From positions 1 through 28,766 of IMG/VR virus record IMGVR_UViG_3300020045_002345: 28,766 bases of DNA; one strand, written 5' to 3'. This document shows, one piece after another, positions 1 through 8,520 of the stretch. The number at the start of each line of letters is the position of its first letter. Positions within the stretch are counted from its first letter, which is position 1. The DNA is from a virus. Lineage: Duplodnaviria > Caudoviricetes. The notes below the pieces were generated by a model, which was given only the letters and a program-made list of their open reading frames with translations, was not told the DNA's origin and ran no database searches. A program made the position numbers and the translations under genes.

Positions 1-839
1 AAGAAGCAGATACAATCGCAAAAGGATTTGTAACAACTTTTGAAAACATTAATTTCAAACTTAACTTAAGAAAAATTGAGTTAACAGGTGGTAAAAGAGA
101 ATACACTTGCGGTCACGTTCCAGCAGGTGCAATTACACTTTCTGAAAAAGTTTTAGAACCTAAAAAATTCAAAGATGACTTCTCAGTTTGTAAAGAAGAT
201 TTCAGAGCGCAATGGTCTGAGGAGTCAATGGGTGCATCAGCACATAACGACAACGCTCCAAAGGATATTATGGATGCGATTTTAGTTGAAAAACTTGCTC
301 AAACTGCTGAGGAATTAGACAATAATATTTGGAATGGGGACGGTTCAAATAACGATGAGTTTGATGGTTATTTAAAACTATGGTTAGCTGATTCAGAGGT
401 TATCGATGTTGATTTAGATGCGGTAACTGAAAGTAATGTTGAAGCAATGCTTAAACTTGCGTTAAATGCAGTTCCAGTAGCAATTAGACGTAAATCTTTG
501 AAAGTTGGGGTTTCTCCTGACGTTTACCAAGATTATTCTTTCTATTTAATTTCTAAAGGAATTACAAACGGATTAGGAGGAGACGCAAACTCTACACCTA
601 AATTTGGTAAATACGATTTAGTAGAAATTAATGGTTTGCCTGACAATACAATTGTAATTGCTGAGCCTAAAAACTTAATCTTTGGAACAGGTTTGTTAGC
701 AGACCATAACGAAGTAGTTTTAAAAGACGAGGACGAAATTGGTTTATTGACCGGATTGGTTAGAGGTACAATGGTTTACAATGCAGGAGTTCAATACTAC
801 AACGGTGCTGAAATTGTTTGGGCAAGACCTATAGCATAA
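1..839 (+). CDS. Major capsid protein, 5'-truncated by window edge
   Basis: Frame of ORF 228..839 is open from base 3 (EADTIAKGFVTTFENINFKLNLRKIEL...CKEDFRAQWSEESMG); IWNGD..EFDG and NLIFGTGLL.DHNEV segments typical of Flavobacteria phage capsid proteins; followed by stabilising hairpin. Confidence 0.8.
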   Translation, partial: EADTIAKGFVTTFENINFKLNLRKIELTGGKREYTCGHVPAGAITLSEKVLEPKKFKDDFSVCKEDFRAQWSEESMGASAHNDNAPKDIMDAILVEKLAQTAEELDNNIWNGDGSNNDEFDGYLKLWLADSEVIDVDLDAVTESNVEAMLKLALNAVPVAIRRKSLKVGVSPDVYQDYSFYLISKGITNGLGGDANSTPKFGKYDLVEINGLPDNTIVIAEPKNLIFGTGLLADHNEVVLKDEDEIGLLTGLVRGTMVYNAGVQYYNGAEIVWARPIA

Positions 840-853
840 TTAGAAAAGTAATT

Positions 854-875
854 AAGGCGAGTTAGTTCTCGCCTT
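854..875 (+). other. Hairpin after capsid gene (mRNA-stabilising / weak terminator)
   Basis: aaggcgag-ttagtt-ctcgcctt, only a short T run after it. Confidence 0.6.
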
Positions 876-896
876 TAACATAAAATTTATATAATT

Positions 897-1409
897 ATGG
901 CGTGTGATATTACAGCAGGTAGATTAAGAGCCTGCAAACAAAATATAGGTGGTGTAAGTCGTATTTTATTATTCAATAACTTACCAAGTCCTTTTACGGT
1001 TGCTTCGGGTGTGGCAACTGCAATTAATCCATTGTTAACTGAGGTTTTCGAATACGAAATTGAGGGCGATGGGAATAATATTGTTGAGAGTTTAGTTTCT
1101 GATAGAAATACAGGAACGAGCGTTAATACCCAAACATCAACAGTAACATTAAAAAAGATTGACGCTACAACGTCACAACAATTAAACTTGTTAGCTTATG
1201 GGTTTCCAATGATGGTTGTTATTGATAGAAATGGAGTTGGTCACGCAATTGGAATTGATGATGGTATTGATTTCACGGTTGCTCAAAATACAGGAGGTGC
1301 AAAAACTGAAATGAATGGTTACACTTTAACAGGTGTTTCAACTACAGGAAGTTTATCTCCTAAATTAGATACAGATACTTTGGCAGATTTAATAGCTTTA
1401 GTGGCATAG
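897..1409 (+). CDS. Major structural protein, probably tail tube
   Basis: MACDITAGR..CK...GG N-terminus, beta-rich, Thr/Gly-rich, directly after capsid gene. Confidence 0.6.
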   Translation: MACDITAGRLRACKQNIGGVSRILLFNNLPSPFTVASGVATAINPLLTEVFEYEIEGDGNNIVESLVSDRNTGTSVNTQTSTVTLKKIDATTSQQLNLLAYGFPMMVVIDRNGVGHAIGIDDGIDFTVAQNTGGAKTEMNGYTLTGVSTTGSLSPKLDTDTLADLIALVA

Positions 1410-1435
1410 TTTTATTTTTTGGATTAGTTACATTG

Positions 1436-1465
1436 AAAAACCCTACTTAATCGGTAGGGTTTTTT
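1436..1465. terminator. Bidirectional intrinsic terminator
   Basis: aaaaaccctac-ttaatcg-gtagggtttttt between convergent genes. Confidence 0.85.
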
Positions 1466-1758
1466 GTATAGCTTATTTTTATATTAAACTTCTTTTCGAG
1501 TAAACAAATTTGATAAGGTAAATCTTTATCTAATTTTTCTTGTTGGGTTTCCTTTCTATATTCTACAATATATAATTCAGAATCACGTCCGTCTAATTTA
1601 GATGAATTTTTTATATAACCCTTTTCTAAAATAAGTTTATTAAATACTTCAAATTCTTTTGAATAGGAATCATAAACAATTATAAATTTATCTAATCCAT
1701 TAATAATACTTAATCCCTTATTTGGTAATTCATAACCTTGAAACTTTTTTACATCCAT
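1447..1758 (-). CDS. Hypothetical protein (moron gene 2)
   Basis: 103-aa ORF 6 nt downstream of 1765..2247; ends in the terminator. Confidence 0.7.
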   Translation of the reverse strand: MDVKKFQGYELPNKGLSIINGLDKFIIVYDSYSKEFEVFNKLILEKGYIKNSSKLDGRDSELYIVEYRKETQQEKLDKDLPYQICLLEKKFNIKISYTKNPTD

Positions 1759-1764
1759 AATATT

Positions 1765-2247
1765 TTATTTTGTTAAATCGTAAGTAAAAAATAATTCTTT
1801 TTTAAATAAATCATTAAAAATGTTTTCGTGATTTTCTTTTGATAAGCAATAATTCATTGCGTCATCTTGACTTTCATTTAAATTTTCTACATTACCATCT
1901 TTATCAAATCTTCTTAAAGATATTTTAGGTCTGTTATTAATTAATGTAGGCGGTTTGTTAGCTTCTCTTAAACCCCAAATAATAGGGTTTTCAAAATCAT
2001 TATCTTTAATAAAAAAAGTAGCTAATCCTCCAACACGCATAGAAGAAAAATCATTTATACTATATCCATCTTGAAAATAAATGTGTTTATATTCTCCTTT
2101 TATTAATTCTACTACGTTATATTTTTCTTTGTTAGATAATATACGATTTACTTCTAATTTTGAAGTTGAATTTTGTCTATCAAAAGTAATTGCATATCGG
2201 TATGGTTGATAACCATTTTCTAAGATAATTTCTAATAAGTGTTTCAT
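1765..2247 (-). CDS. Hypothetical protein (moron gene 1)
   Basis: ORF track 1765..2271; ATG at 2247 (MKHLLE) preferred because it has the aaaattATG context and lies downstream of the promoter. Confidence 0.75.
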   Translation of the reverse strand: MKHLLEIILENGYQPYRYAITFDRQNSTSKLEVNRILSNKEKYNVVELIKGEYKHIYFQDGYSINDFSSMRVGGLATFFIKDNDFENPIIWGLREANKPPTLINNRPKISLRRFDKDGNVENLNESQDDAMNYCLSKENHENIFNDLFKKELFFTYDLTK

Positions 2248-2268
2248 AATTTTATTATTTAGTTTATG

Positions 2269-2276
2269 CAAATATA
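2269..2276 (-). promoter_or_regulatory. Bacteroidota -7 promoter element for minus-strand moron
   Basis: caaatata on + = TATATTTG on -, about 22 nt before ATG. Confidence 0.7.
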
Positions 2277-2326
2277 TAAATTTTTAAACCATTGTAACAA
2301 AAAAGGCTTTTTTTTGTTTTAATAAT

Positions 2327-2578
2327 ATGAAATACGTTAACGCAAGCGATACAACTCATAATATAAAATTAATACTTCGAGAGGTAGTTGATGAAGTAAT
2401 TATAATTCTATACAATGAGTTCAAACAAAATACTGAATTGTTAGATTGTACTATAATTACTACTGATGGGATAACTACAGCTACTTTTGATTATGATTTT
2501 ACAATTGGAGATAGCTTTCAGTTTAAATTGCAGTTTGATGATGTTATCTACTACAGAGGAAAAATAAAAGCGATATAA
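2327..2578 (+). CDS. Small virion-associated hypothetical protein
   Basis: 83 aa, TAATG-coupled to portal gene. Confidence 0.65.
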   Translation: MKYVNASDTTHNIKLILREVVDEVIIILYNEFKQNTELLDCTIITTDGITTATFDYDFTIGDSFQFKLQFDDVIYYRGKIKAI

Positions 2579-4209
2579 TGGCACAAGATATTAGATTAAT
2601 ACAATTAAATAGTTTCAACAGACCAGAAGTCGAGGAATTAAAAACTAAAGGTTACGTTCTTAACGGACGTAACAACGAATACTATAAATATATAATTGAT
2701 AGGTATAATGGAAGTGTTACAAATGCTACTATTATTAATTCGTACATTGATTTGACTTATGGTAAAGGTATCGGAGCAAGAAATGCACGTACTAACCCTA
2801 AAGATTGGTTAAGATTTAAAACTATCTTAAAAGATAAAGATATTCGTAAAATGATTGCGGATTTTACCGTATTTAATGAATTTTCTTTTCAAGTAATTAA
2901 AGCTAAAAATAAAAAAGACTTAGGTAGTATTTTACATTTGCCAAAAGAACGTGTTGTTCCTGCAATTGAGAATGAAGATGAGGAAATTGAGCAGTATTTT
3001 TATAGTAAAGACTTTTGCAAGTTAAATAAATACCCTGCAATGCCGTTTCCTGCGTATGGATTTGGAAGTGAAAAAGCAGAGATTGAAATTTATGTAGGGC
3101 GTCCTTATAAAGTTGGTAAAACCTACTTTAGCGACCCTTTATATAAAGAGGGATTTCCTTATTGCGAAATGGAGCAGGAAATTGCAAACTATTACGTATC
3201 ACATATTAAAAATGGCTTATCTTTTGGGTATATTATTAATATCCCTGATGGAAAAGATTTAACTTCTGAGGAAAAAGACGAAATAGAGCGTAAGATTAAA
3301 CTAAAATTAACAGGCAGTAGTAACGCAGGTAAATTTGTGTTATCTTTCAATGGACGTGATGCAGAAATAACCGTAACGCCTTTACAAGTTAACGATAGTC
3401 ATAAGCAATGGACTGTTTTAAACGAGGAATCGAGAGATAAGATAATGATGGCTCATAGAGTTGTTTCTCCTATGCTTTTCGGTATTAAAGATAGCACAGG
3501 ATTAGGAAATAACGCTGATGAATTAGATACTGCAGAAGCTCAAACATTAAAAAGAGTAATCGCACCACGTCAAAACTTCATTTTAGACTGTTTAAAGGAA
3601 GTTTTAGTTGATTATGGTATAAACTTAGAGCTTTACTTTAAACCTTTAACAGATGAAGTATCTGTTGCAATGAGTTCACACAATGAGGACAATTTAGACG
3701 GTGTTATTGCTGATGAGTTAATATCTTTAGGGGAAGATATAACAGATGAATGGGAATTAATCGATAGTCAAGAGTTTCACTTTGCAAGCACAGGAACCGC
3801 GATACCAAATGCTAAAAGCGAGATAGATGGTAAGAAATTTAAAAGCAGATTGCGTTATACAGGAACAATTAACTCAAATAGTAGAGAATTTTGCCGTAAA
3901 ATGATAAGTGCAAACAAGCTTTATCGTATTGAGGACATAAATAAGATGTCTAAACAAGTCGTAAATGCTGGTTTTGGAGAAAATGGAAGCAATACATACG
4001 ACATTTTACTATATAAAGGCGGTGCAAGGTGCAAACATTATTGGACACGTGAAACATATCAGTTAAAAGCGGATGTAAATAACCCAAATGCGAAAGAAAT
4101 AACACCAAGTGAGGCACGAAAAGAGGGCGAAATATTACCTGCTTTAGATAAAAAGGTTTACGAAAAACCAAATAATATGCCAAATAACGGATTTATAAAT
4201 AAAAGATAA
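2578..4209 (+). CDS. Portal protein with C-terminal MuF-like (Cys/His) extension
   Basis: LTGSSNAGK and IMMAHRVVSPMLFGI..TGLGNNADE portal-type motifs; C-terminal SREFCRKM...KGGARCKHYW. Confidence 0.75.
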   Translation: MAQDIRLIQLNSFNRPEVEELKTKGYVLNGRNNEYYKYIIDRYNGSVTNATIINSYIDLTYGKGIGARNARTNPKDWLRFKTILKDKDIRKMIADFTVFNEFSFQVIKAKNKKDLGSILHLPKERVVPAIENEDEEIEQYFYSKDFCKLNKYPAMPFPAYGFGSEKAEIEIYVGRPYKVGKTYFSDPLYKEGFPYCEMEQEIANYYVSHIKNGLSFGYIINIPDGKDLTSEEKDEIERKIKLKLTGSSNAGKFVLSFNGRDAEITVTPLQVNDSHKQWTVLNEESRDKIMMAHRVVSPMLFGIKDSTGLGNNADELDTAEAQTLKRVIAPRQNFILDCLKEVLVDYGINLELYFKPLTDEVSVAMSSHNEDNLDGVIADELISLGEDITDEWELIDSQEFHFASTGTAIPNAKSEIDGKKFKSRLRYTGTINSNSREFCRKMISANKLYRIEDINKMSKQVVNAGFGENGSNTYDILLYKGGARCKHYWTRETYQLKADVNNPNAKEITPSEARKEGEILPALDKKVYEKPNNMPNNGFINKR

Positions 4210-4685
4210 TGGAATATTTATTAATTACGCCACAACAAATGATTGAGCGTTCAATATTAGATGGTAATATTGACGTTGATAAGTACTTATTTTGTATTGA
4301 ACAGGTGCAATTATCAACTATTGAGCCATTATTAACGACTGATTTGTATGCTAAAATCGTTACAGATGCAGAAAATGACGATTTAGCAGGTGTTTATTTG
4401 ACTATATATAACGATTATGTTGTGCCAATTTTAAAACACGAAGCAATTGCTCAATATATTGAAGTTTGTTCTTATATGGTTGCTAATGGTGGTTTATTTA
4501 AACACACCGCAGAGAATAAAGAAGTAGTAAACAACCAAGAGGCACGAACTTTGGCAGGTAAATATTCGAATATCGCTCAAAATTATGTTTTAAGATGGCA
4601 AAAATACATTTGTAAAACAAGCGTACCCGAATATAAAAGATGCCACAACACACAGACTAATTTATCCGCTGGATGGAAACTATAA
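4209..4685 (+). CDS. Head-tail adaptor/connector-like protein
   Basis: ILDGNIDVDK...Q...IEPLL..DLY pattern, helical, follows portal. Confidence 0.55.
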   Translation: MEYLLITPQQMIERSILDGNIDVDKYLFCIEQVQLSTIEPLLTTDLYAKIVTDAENDDLAGVYLTIYNDYVVPILKHEAIAQYIEVCSYMVANGGLFKHTAENKEVVNNQEARTLAGKYSNIAQNYVLRWQKYICKTSVPEYKRCHNTQTNLSAGWKL

Positions 4686-5209
4686 GAAGAAAATGTAAAG
4701 ATAGTCAAGGAGGTATAAAACGCCTTTGGTTATTTCCGTTTATTCAGTATTCGAGAAGTCAAATAATTGTAGAAGATAAAGTTTTAGTTACATTTCCAAC
4801 AACTGATATTTTTGAAGTTAACCCCTTAACAATTACACAAAACGAAAAACAAGAAGATAGCGATGGGGGTAAATTTTGGAGTCAATCAATAAGTTTTACA
4901 ATACCTAAAACAGATTTTGAGTTTCAAAAGTTAATTAAAAAAGACTATAGAATAATTGTACAAGATAACAATGGCAAATATATCATTTACGGACTTTACA
5001 AAGGTTTAGAATGTAATAAAATAGACTTTACAAGTGGAAGTTCAAAGACCGATAGCAACGGAATGAGTTTTAGCTTTGACGGTAAAGAAGAAGTTAGTAG
5101 TTTCTTAATTGACAATTTAGCAGATGCAGGATTTGAGGGCATTGGTTATTTATTACAAGAAGATGGTTTTGCAATTTTGCAAGAAGATGGATTTAAAATT
5201 ATATTATAA
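4673..5209 (+). CDS. Structural protein, paralog of 897..1409, with C-terminal LQEDGF repeats
   Basis: Shared CK...GG(I/V).R..LF, D.NG....G...G, and G..KT..NG blocks. Confidence 0.65.
   Translation: METIRRKCKDSQGGIKRLWLFPFIQYSRSQIIVEDKVLVTFPTTDIFEVNPLTITQNEKQEDSDGGKFWSQSISFTIPKTDFEFQKLIKKDYRIIVQDNNGKYIIYGLYKGLECNKIDFTSGSSKTDSNGMSFSFDGKEEVSSFLIDNLADAGFEGIGYLLQEDGFAILQEDGFKIIL
5156..5190 (+). repeat. Coding direct repeat caagaagatgg x2 (LQEDGF x2), 24-nt period
   Basis: 5156-5166 and 5180-5190. Confidence 0.8.
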
Positions 5210-5823
5210 TGGCAGATAAAAAAATAACGGAATTAGATAGCGCGTCTTTACCATTAGCTGGTACAGAGGCAATTCCTATTGTGCAAAGTGGCGTTACTAA
5301 AAAAGTAGCAGTTAACGCATTGCCTATTAACTTAACAGAAACTAATTTCGGGGCATTTACAAACGGATTAACAGCAAAAACAACTTTAGTAGATGCAGAT
5401 TTAACTGATTTAGTTGATAGTGCAGATAGTAATAAAGCTAAAAAAGTAACTTGGTTAAATGTTTATAATTATATTAAAGGCAAAGCGGATTTAATTTATT
5501 CAGCTTTAAATCCACGGGTTCAAACAGTAACAAGTAGCGCAACAGTAATACCAATTTCAACAAATGATATCGTTACAATAACTGCACAGGCAACTGGTTT
5601 AACATTAGCTAACCCAACTGGAACATTTGCAGAGGGACAAGCATTAATGATTAGAATTAAAGACAATGCAACTGCTCAAACTATTACTTTTGGGAGTAAT
5701 TACAGAGCTATAGGCGTAACTTTACCAACAACAACGGTAATAAGTAAGACTTTATATTTAGGCATTATTTATAACTCTACAGATGCAAAGTGGGATGTAT
5801 TAGGAATTAATCAACAAGCGTAA
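5209..5823 (+). CDS. Fibre / decoration structural protein
   Basis: MADKKITEL...EAIPIVQSGVTKK N-terminus, Thr/Ala-rich, C-terminal beta domain ending KWDV. Confidence 0.6.
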   Translation: MADKKITELDSASLPLAGTEAIPIVQSGVTKKVAVNALPINLTETNFGAFTNGLTAKTTLVDADLTDLVDSADSNKAKKVTWLNVYNYIKGKADLIYSALNPRVQTVTSSATVIPISTNDIVTITAQATGLTLANPTGTFAEGQALMIRIKDNATAQTITFGSNYRAIGVTLPTTTVISKTLYLGIIYNSTDAKWDVLGINQQA

Positions 5824-6620
5824 TGAGATATTATAGTTTAATAAGTTCTATGTCAAAAGGCGGTTCGAGTTACGATTCAGACGCACAAGCGTTTTTAACA
5901 GCTACTGGAATAACTGACCTTACAATATCAAATGCAATTAACGATTTAGTAATAGGATATAAAGCAGAGGGTTTGTGGACTAAAAGAACTATTATTTATC
6001 CGTTTGTTGGCGGTACAGCTACAACGCACAAATTTAATCTTAAAAATCCATTAGACACTGATGGTGCATACAGATTAAGTTTATTTGGGGGTATAACTCA
6101 CGCATCAACAGGAGTAACGCCAGACGGGTCTACTGGTTACGGAAATACTCATTGGTTAAAGCCAAGCGACAATATAAGTTTTGGTTTTTATTCACGAATT
6201 GAGGGAAGCAATACAGGTTATGATATTTCAGCAGTTAAAAATGGAAGTAACGGATATAATGTTTTAGCTTTACAACAAACAAACACATTTTTTCTTGTAA
6301 GTAATAGTGTTGGAAATTCACAATTTTCATCAGCAGTCGGCTCTTCTAAAGGATGGTTTATGACTAACTTTAACGGAACAGCAGTTGAGGGATTTAGAAA
6401 CGGAACAGAATTGACTGGTACGAGTAGTTTCCCTAACTCACAACAACCAAATTTACCGTTTAAAATGTTTTGCTTACAATATGATACTTTTGAATTTGAG
6501 CAGTTTTCAAATAGAGAGTGCGCCTTTGCGGTATTTGGAGATAATATTTCAGAAGCTGAGGCATTAACAGAATATAATTTAATACAAGATTTTCAAACAG
6601 CATTAAGTAGAAACGTATAA
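5823..6620 (+). CDS. Fibre-associated protein with probable lectin/concanavalin-like domain
   Basis: DSDAQAF...GLW.K...YPFVGGTA..HKFNLKNP N-terminus, Gly/Ser/Asn-rich core, C-terminal helix. Confidence 0.55.
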   Translation: MRYYSLISSMSKGGSSYDSDAQAFLTATGITDLTISNAINDLVIGYKAEGLWTKRTIIYPFVGGTATTHKFNLKNPLDTDGAYRLSLFGGITHASTGVTPDGSTGYGNTHWLKPSDNISFGFYSRIEGSNTGYDISAVKNGSNGYNVLALQQTNTFFLVSNSVGNSQFSSAVGSSKGWFMTNFNGTAVEGFRNGTELTGTSSFPNSQQPNLPFKMFCLQYDTFEFEQFSNRECAFAVFGDNISEAEALTEYNLIQDFQTALSRNV

Positions 6621-6631
6621 AACAAATAAAT

Positions 6632-6772
6632 ATGACACCAGAATTAGAGCGAATGATTGAAGAATTTGATATAGCACTTAGATTACAAGGCTATACTATT
6701 GGAAGTATTTTTGAGATTGATGATAACGGCGAAAAGATAGGCGCTCCGATTCCTCCTAAAAAGAAACCATAA
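6632..6772 (+). CDS. 46-aa peptide with Pro/Lys-rich tail (not in ORF track)
   Basis: MTPELERMIEEFDIALRLQGYTIGSIFEIDDNGEKIGAPIPPKKKP; TAATG overlap with next gene. Confidence 0.65.
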   Translation: MTPELERMIEEFDIALRLQGYTIGSIFEIDDNGEKIGAPIPPKKKP

Positions 6773-7137
6773 TGAAAAATATTGCATTATACCTTTTAAT
6801 TTATAACTTTACATTATTAATGATTTTGCGTACCGATTGGTATAGTGAGGTTATTACTTTTTGTGGATATACAACTGAAAGGTATAATGTTATTGATTTA
6901 TTAGATACACCTTTTTATATTTTAATGTTTATAACAATAATGTATTATTCATTTTGGAATAAATTAAATAAATTAACATTGTTTCAAAAACAATGTTTTG
7001 CTTTTAGTTTTTTCTATTTAGGTTTTAAGATTTTGAATATTTATTTAGATTGTAACTATCAAACTTTTATGATGTGGAATTTAATTATTATATTTATGCC
7101 GTTAGTTTTATTAATTGATAGAAAAATAAACAGATGA
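6772..7137 (+). CDS. Multi-pass membrane protein
   Basis: About four hydrophobic segments in 121 aa. Confidence 0.65.
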   Translation: MKNIALYLLIYNFTLLMILRTDWYSEVITFCGYTTERYNVIDLLDTPFYILMFITIMYYSFWNKLNKLTLFQKQCFAFSFFYLGFKILNIYLDCNYQTFMMWNLIIIFMPLVLLIDRKINR

Positions 7138-7418
7138 AAATTAAAATACTACCAGCCGAGTTTAAAAAATTACGTGATGACACCTTGCAAATAGATGGAA
7201 AATATTCTATTGATAGGGTTTTAGTTGCTATATTTACGCCAGTAACAATATTGATTGGTATTTATATTGTTATTTCCGATAGATTACTTGGATTAAAAAC
7301 CGTTAACGTTTACGGAATACAAGTATTTACGGCTTTATTAGGCTTTATTTTTGCGGTTGTAGTAACTAAAACTGTTAAGCAAATCAAACAAATTATAGCA
7401 AATAAAGAAACAGAATAA
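7134..7418 (+). CDS. Putative holin
   Basis: Two TM segments, basic C-terminus, two genes upstream of endolysin. Confidence 0.55.
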   Translation: MKIKILPAEFKKLRDDTLQIDGKYSIDRVLVAIFTPVTILIGIYIVISDRLLGLKTVNVYGIQVFTALLGFIFAVVVTKTVKQIKQIIANKETE

Positions 7419-7421
7419 AAT

Positions 7422-7733
7422 ATGCAACCATTAACGCCTGAGCAAAAAGATATCGCTCTAATCAAAGAATCAATTACAAGTATTAAATCTCATTTAGATA
7501 AAATAAAGCAACGTGATGAAGATGCTTATTTTAATCGTTCAGAAACTAACCGTAAATTAGATTTATTGGTTAATACTTTAACTGATAATGATTACAACGG
7601 TAAAAATGGACATATTACAAGACTAAACAATGTTGAAAAAACAATGCTACTACATGATACTTATTGGAAAGTTTTTTTCGGTTTTATCGCTTCGGGTAGC
7701 TTAATAGTTGTAATCTTTAAATTGATATTATGA
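7422..7733 (+). CDS. Coiled-coil protein with C-terminal TM (holin/antiholin-like)
   Basis: Heptad pattern, C-terminal hydrophobic helix, ATGA overlap with endolysin. Confidence 0.5.
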   Translation: MQPLTPEQKDIALIKESITSIKSHLDKIKQRDEDAYFNRSETNRKLDLLVNTLTDNDYNGKNGHITRLNNVEKTMLLHDTYWKVFFGFIASGSLIVVIFKLIL

Positions 7734-8275
7734 AACTAAACGAAAAATACAAAACACTATTAAATTCGTATCACGTAAACACTCCTTTACGTATTGCTCA
7801 TTTTATGGCTCAGATAGAACACGAAAGCGGATTAAAGCCAATAAGCGAAAACTTAAATTATTCTGCAGAACGTTTATTAGTTATTTTCCCAAAATACTTT
7901 ATATCAAACGAGGATGCAAATAGATACGCAAGAAACCCGCAAAAGATAGCCAATAGAGTTTATGCTAATCGAATGGGTAACGGCTCAGAAACAAGCGGAG
8001 ACGGTTATAAATTTCGAGGGCGCGGGTTTATTCAAATAACTGGAAAAGATAATTATACGATGCTATCTAAAGATACTCGAATTGATTTCTTAACTAATCC
8101 TGATTTATTACTTGATGAGGCAAACAGTATGATTTCCGCTTTATGGTTTTGGAATAAAAATAAACTTAATGAATTAGCGGATAAAAACGATATTGTAGCT
8201 ATTACAAAGCGTATTAACGGCGGAACAAATGGAATTGAACACCGAAAAGAATTATTAAAAAAGTATTTAGATTAA
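7730..8275 (+). CDS. Endolysin, glycoside hydrolase family 19
   Basis: HFMAQIEHESG, ENLNYS, DGYKFRGRGFIQITGKDNY, INGGTNG motifs. Confidence 0.92.
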   Translation: MKLNEKYKTLLNSYHVNTPLRIAHFMAQIEHESGLKPISENLNYSAERLLVIFPKYFISNEDANRYARNPQKIANRVYANRMGNGSETSGDGYKFRGRGFIQITGKDNYTMLSKDTRIDFLTNPDLLLDEANSMISALWFWNKNKLNELADKNDIVAITKRINGGTNGIEHRKELLKKYLD

Positions 8276-8410
8276 TTATCCTAAAATATAAAAGTTCCAA
8301 AATTATCGTAGTGAGGAACACCTATATATCATAAGAACGCACACCCTTGCTTTGGGTATAGGTTTATCTGTTAATAGATAATCGGTTGCAAACGTTTAAC
8401 AGTTTCACAC

Positions 8411-8437
8411 AACCACCTCTAACGAGGTGGTTTTTTT
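8411..8437 (+). terminator. Intrinsic terminator
   Basis: aaccacctc-taac-gaggtggtt followed by T run. Confidence 0.85.
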
Positions 8438-8456
8438 ATTTAAAACCATTATAAAT
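8438..8456. promoter_or_regulatory. Fur-box-like 19-bp imperfect palindrome
   Basis: atttaaaaccattataaat. Confidence 0.45.
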
Positions 8457-8467
8457 TACTTACAAAA

Positions 8468-8500
8468 TTGCAATTTATAAAATATAATTTATTAAGTTTG
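8468..8500 (+). promoter_or_regulatory. Bacteroidota sigma-A-type promoter
   Basis: TTG 8468-8470 and TAAGTTTG 8493-8500, 20 nt before ATG 8521. Confidence 0.7.
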
Positions 8501-8520
8501 AGGACTTAAACAAATAAATT

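Noticed and set aside
2296-2318. aacaaaaaa/tttttgtt inverted repeat as late promoter or operator
   Set aside because: Single low-complexity instance; cannot be supported from this window alone
8290-8437. tRNA, hammerhead or known riboswitch
   Set aside because: No cloverleaf with T-loop, no CUGAUGA/GAAA core, no recognisable aptamer consensus
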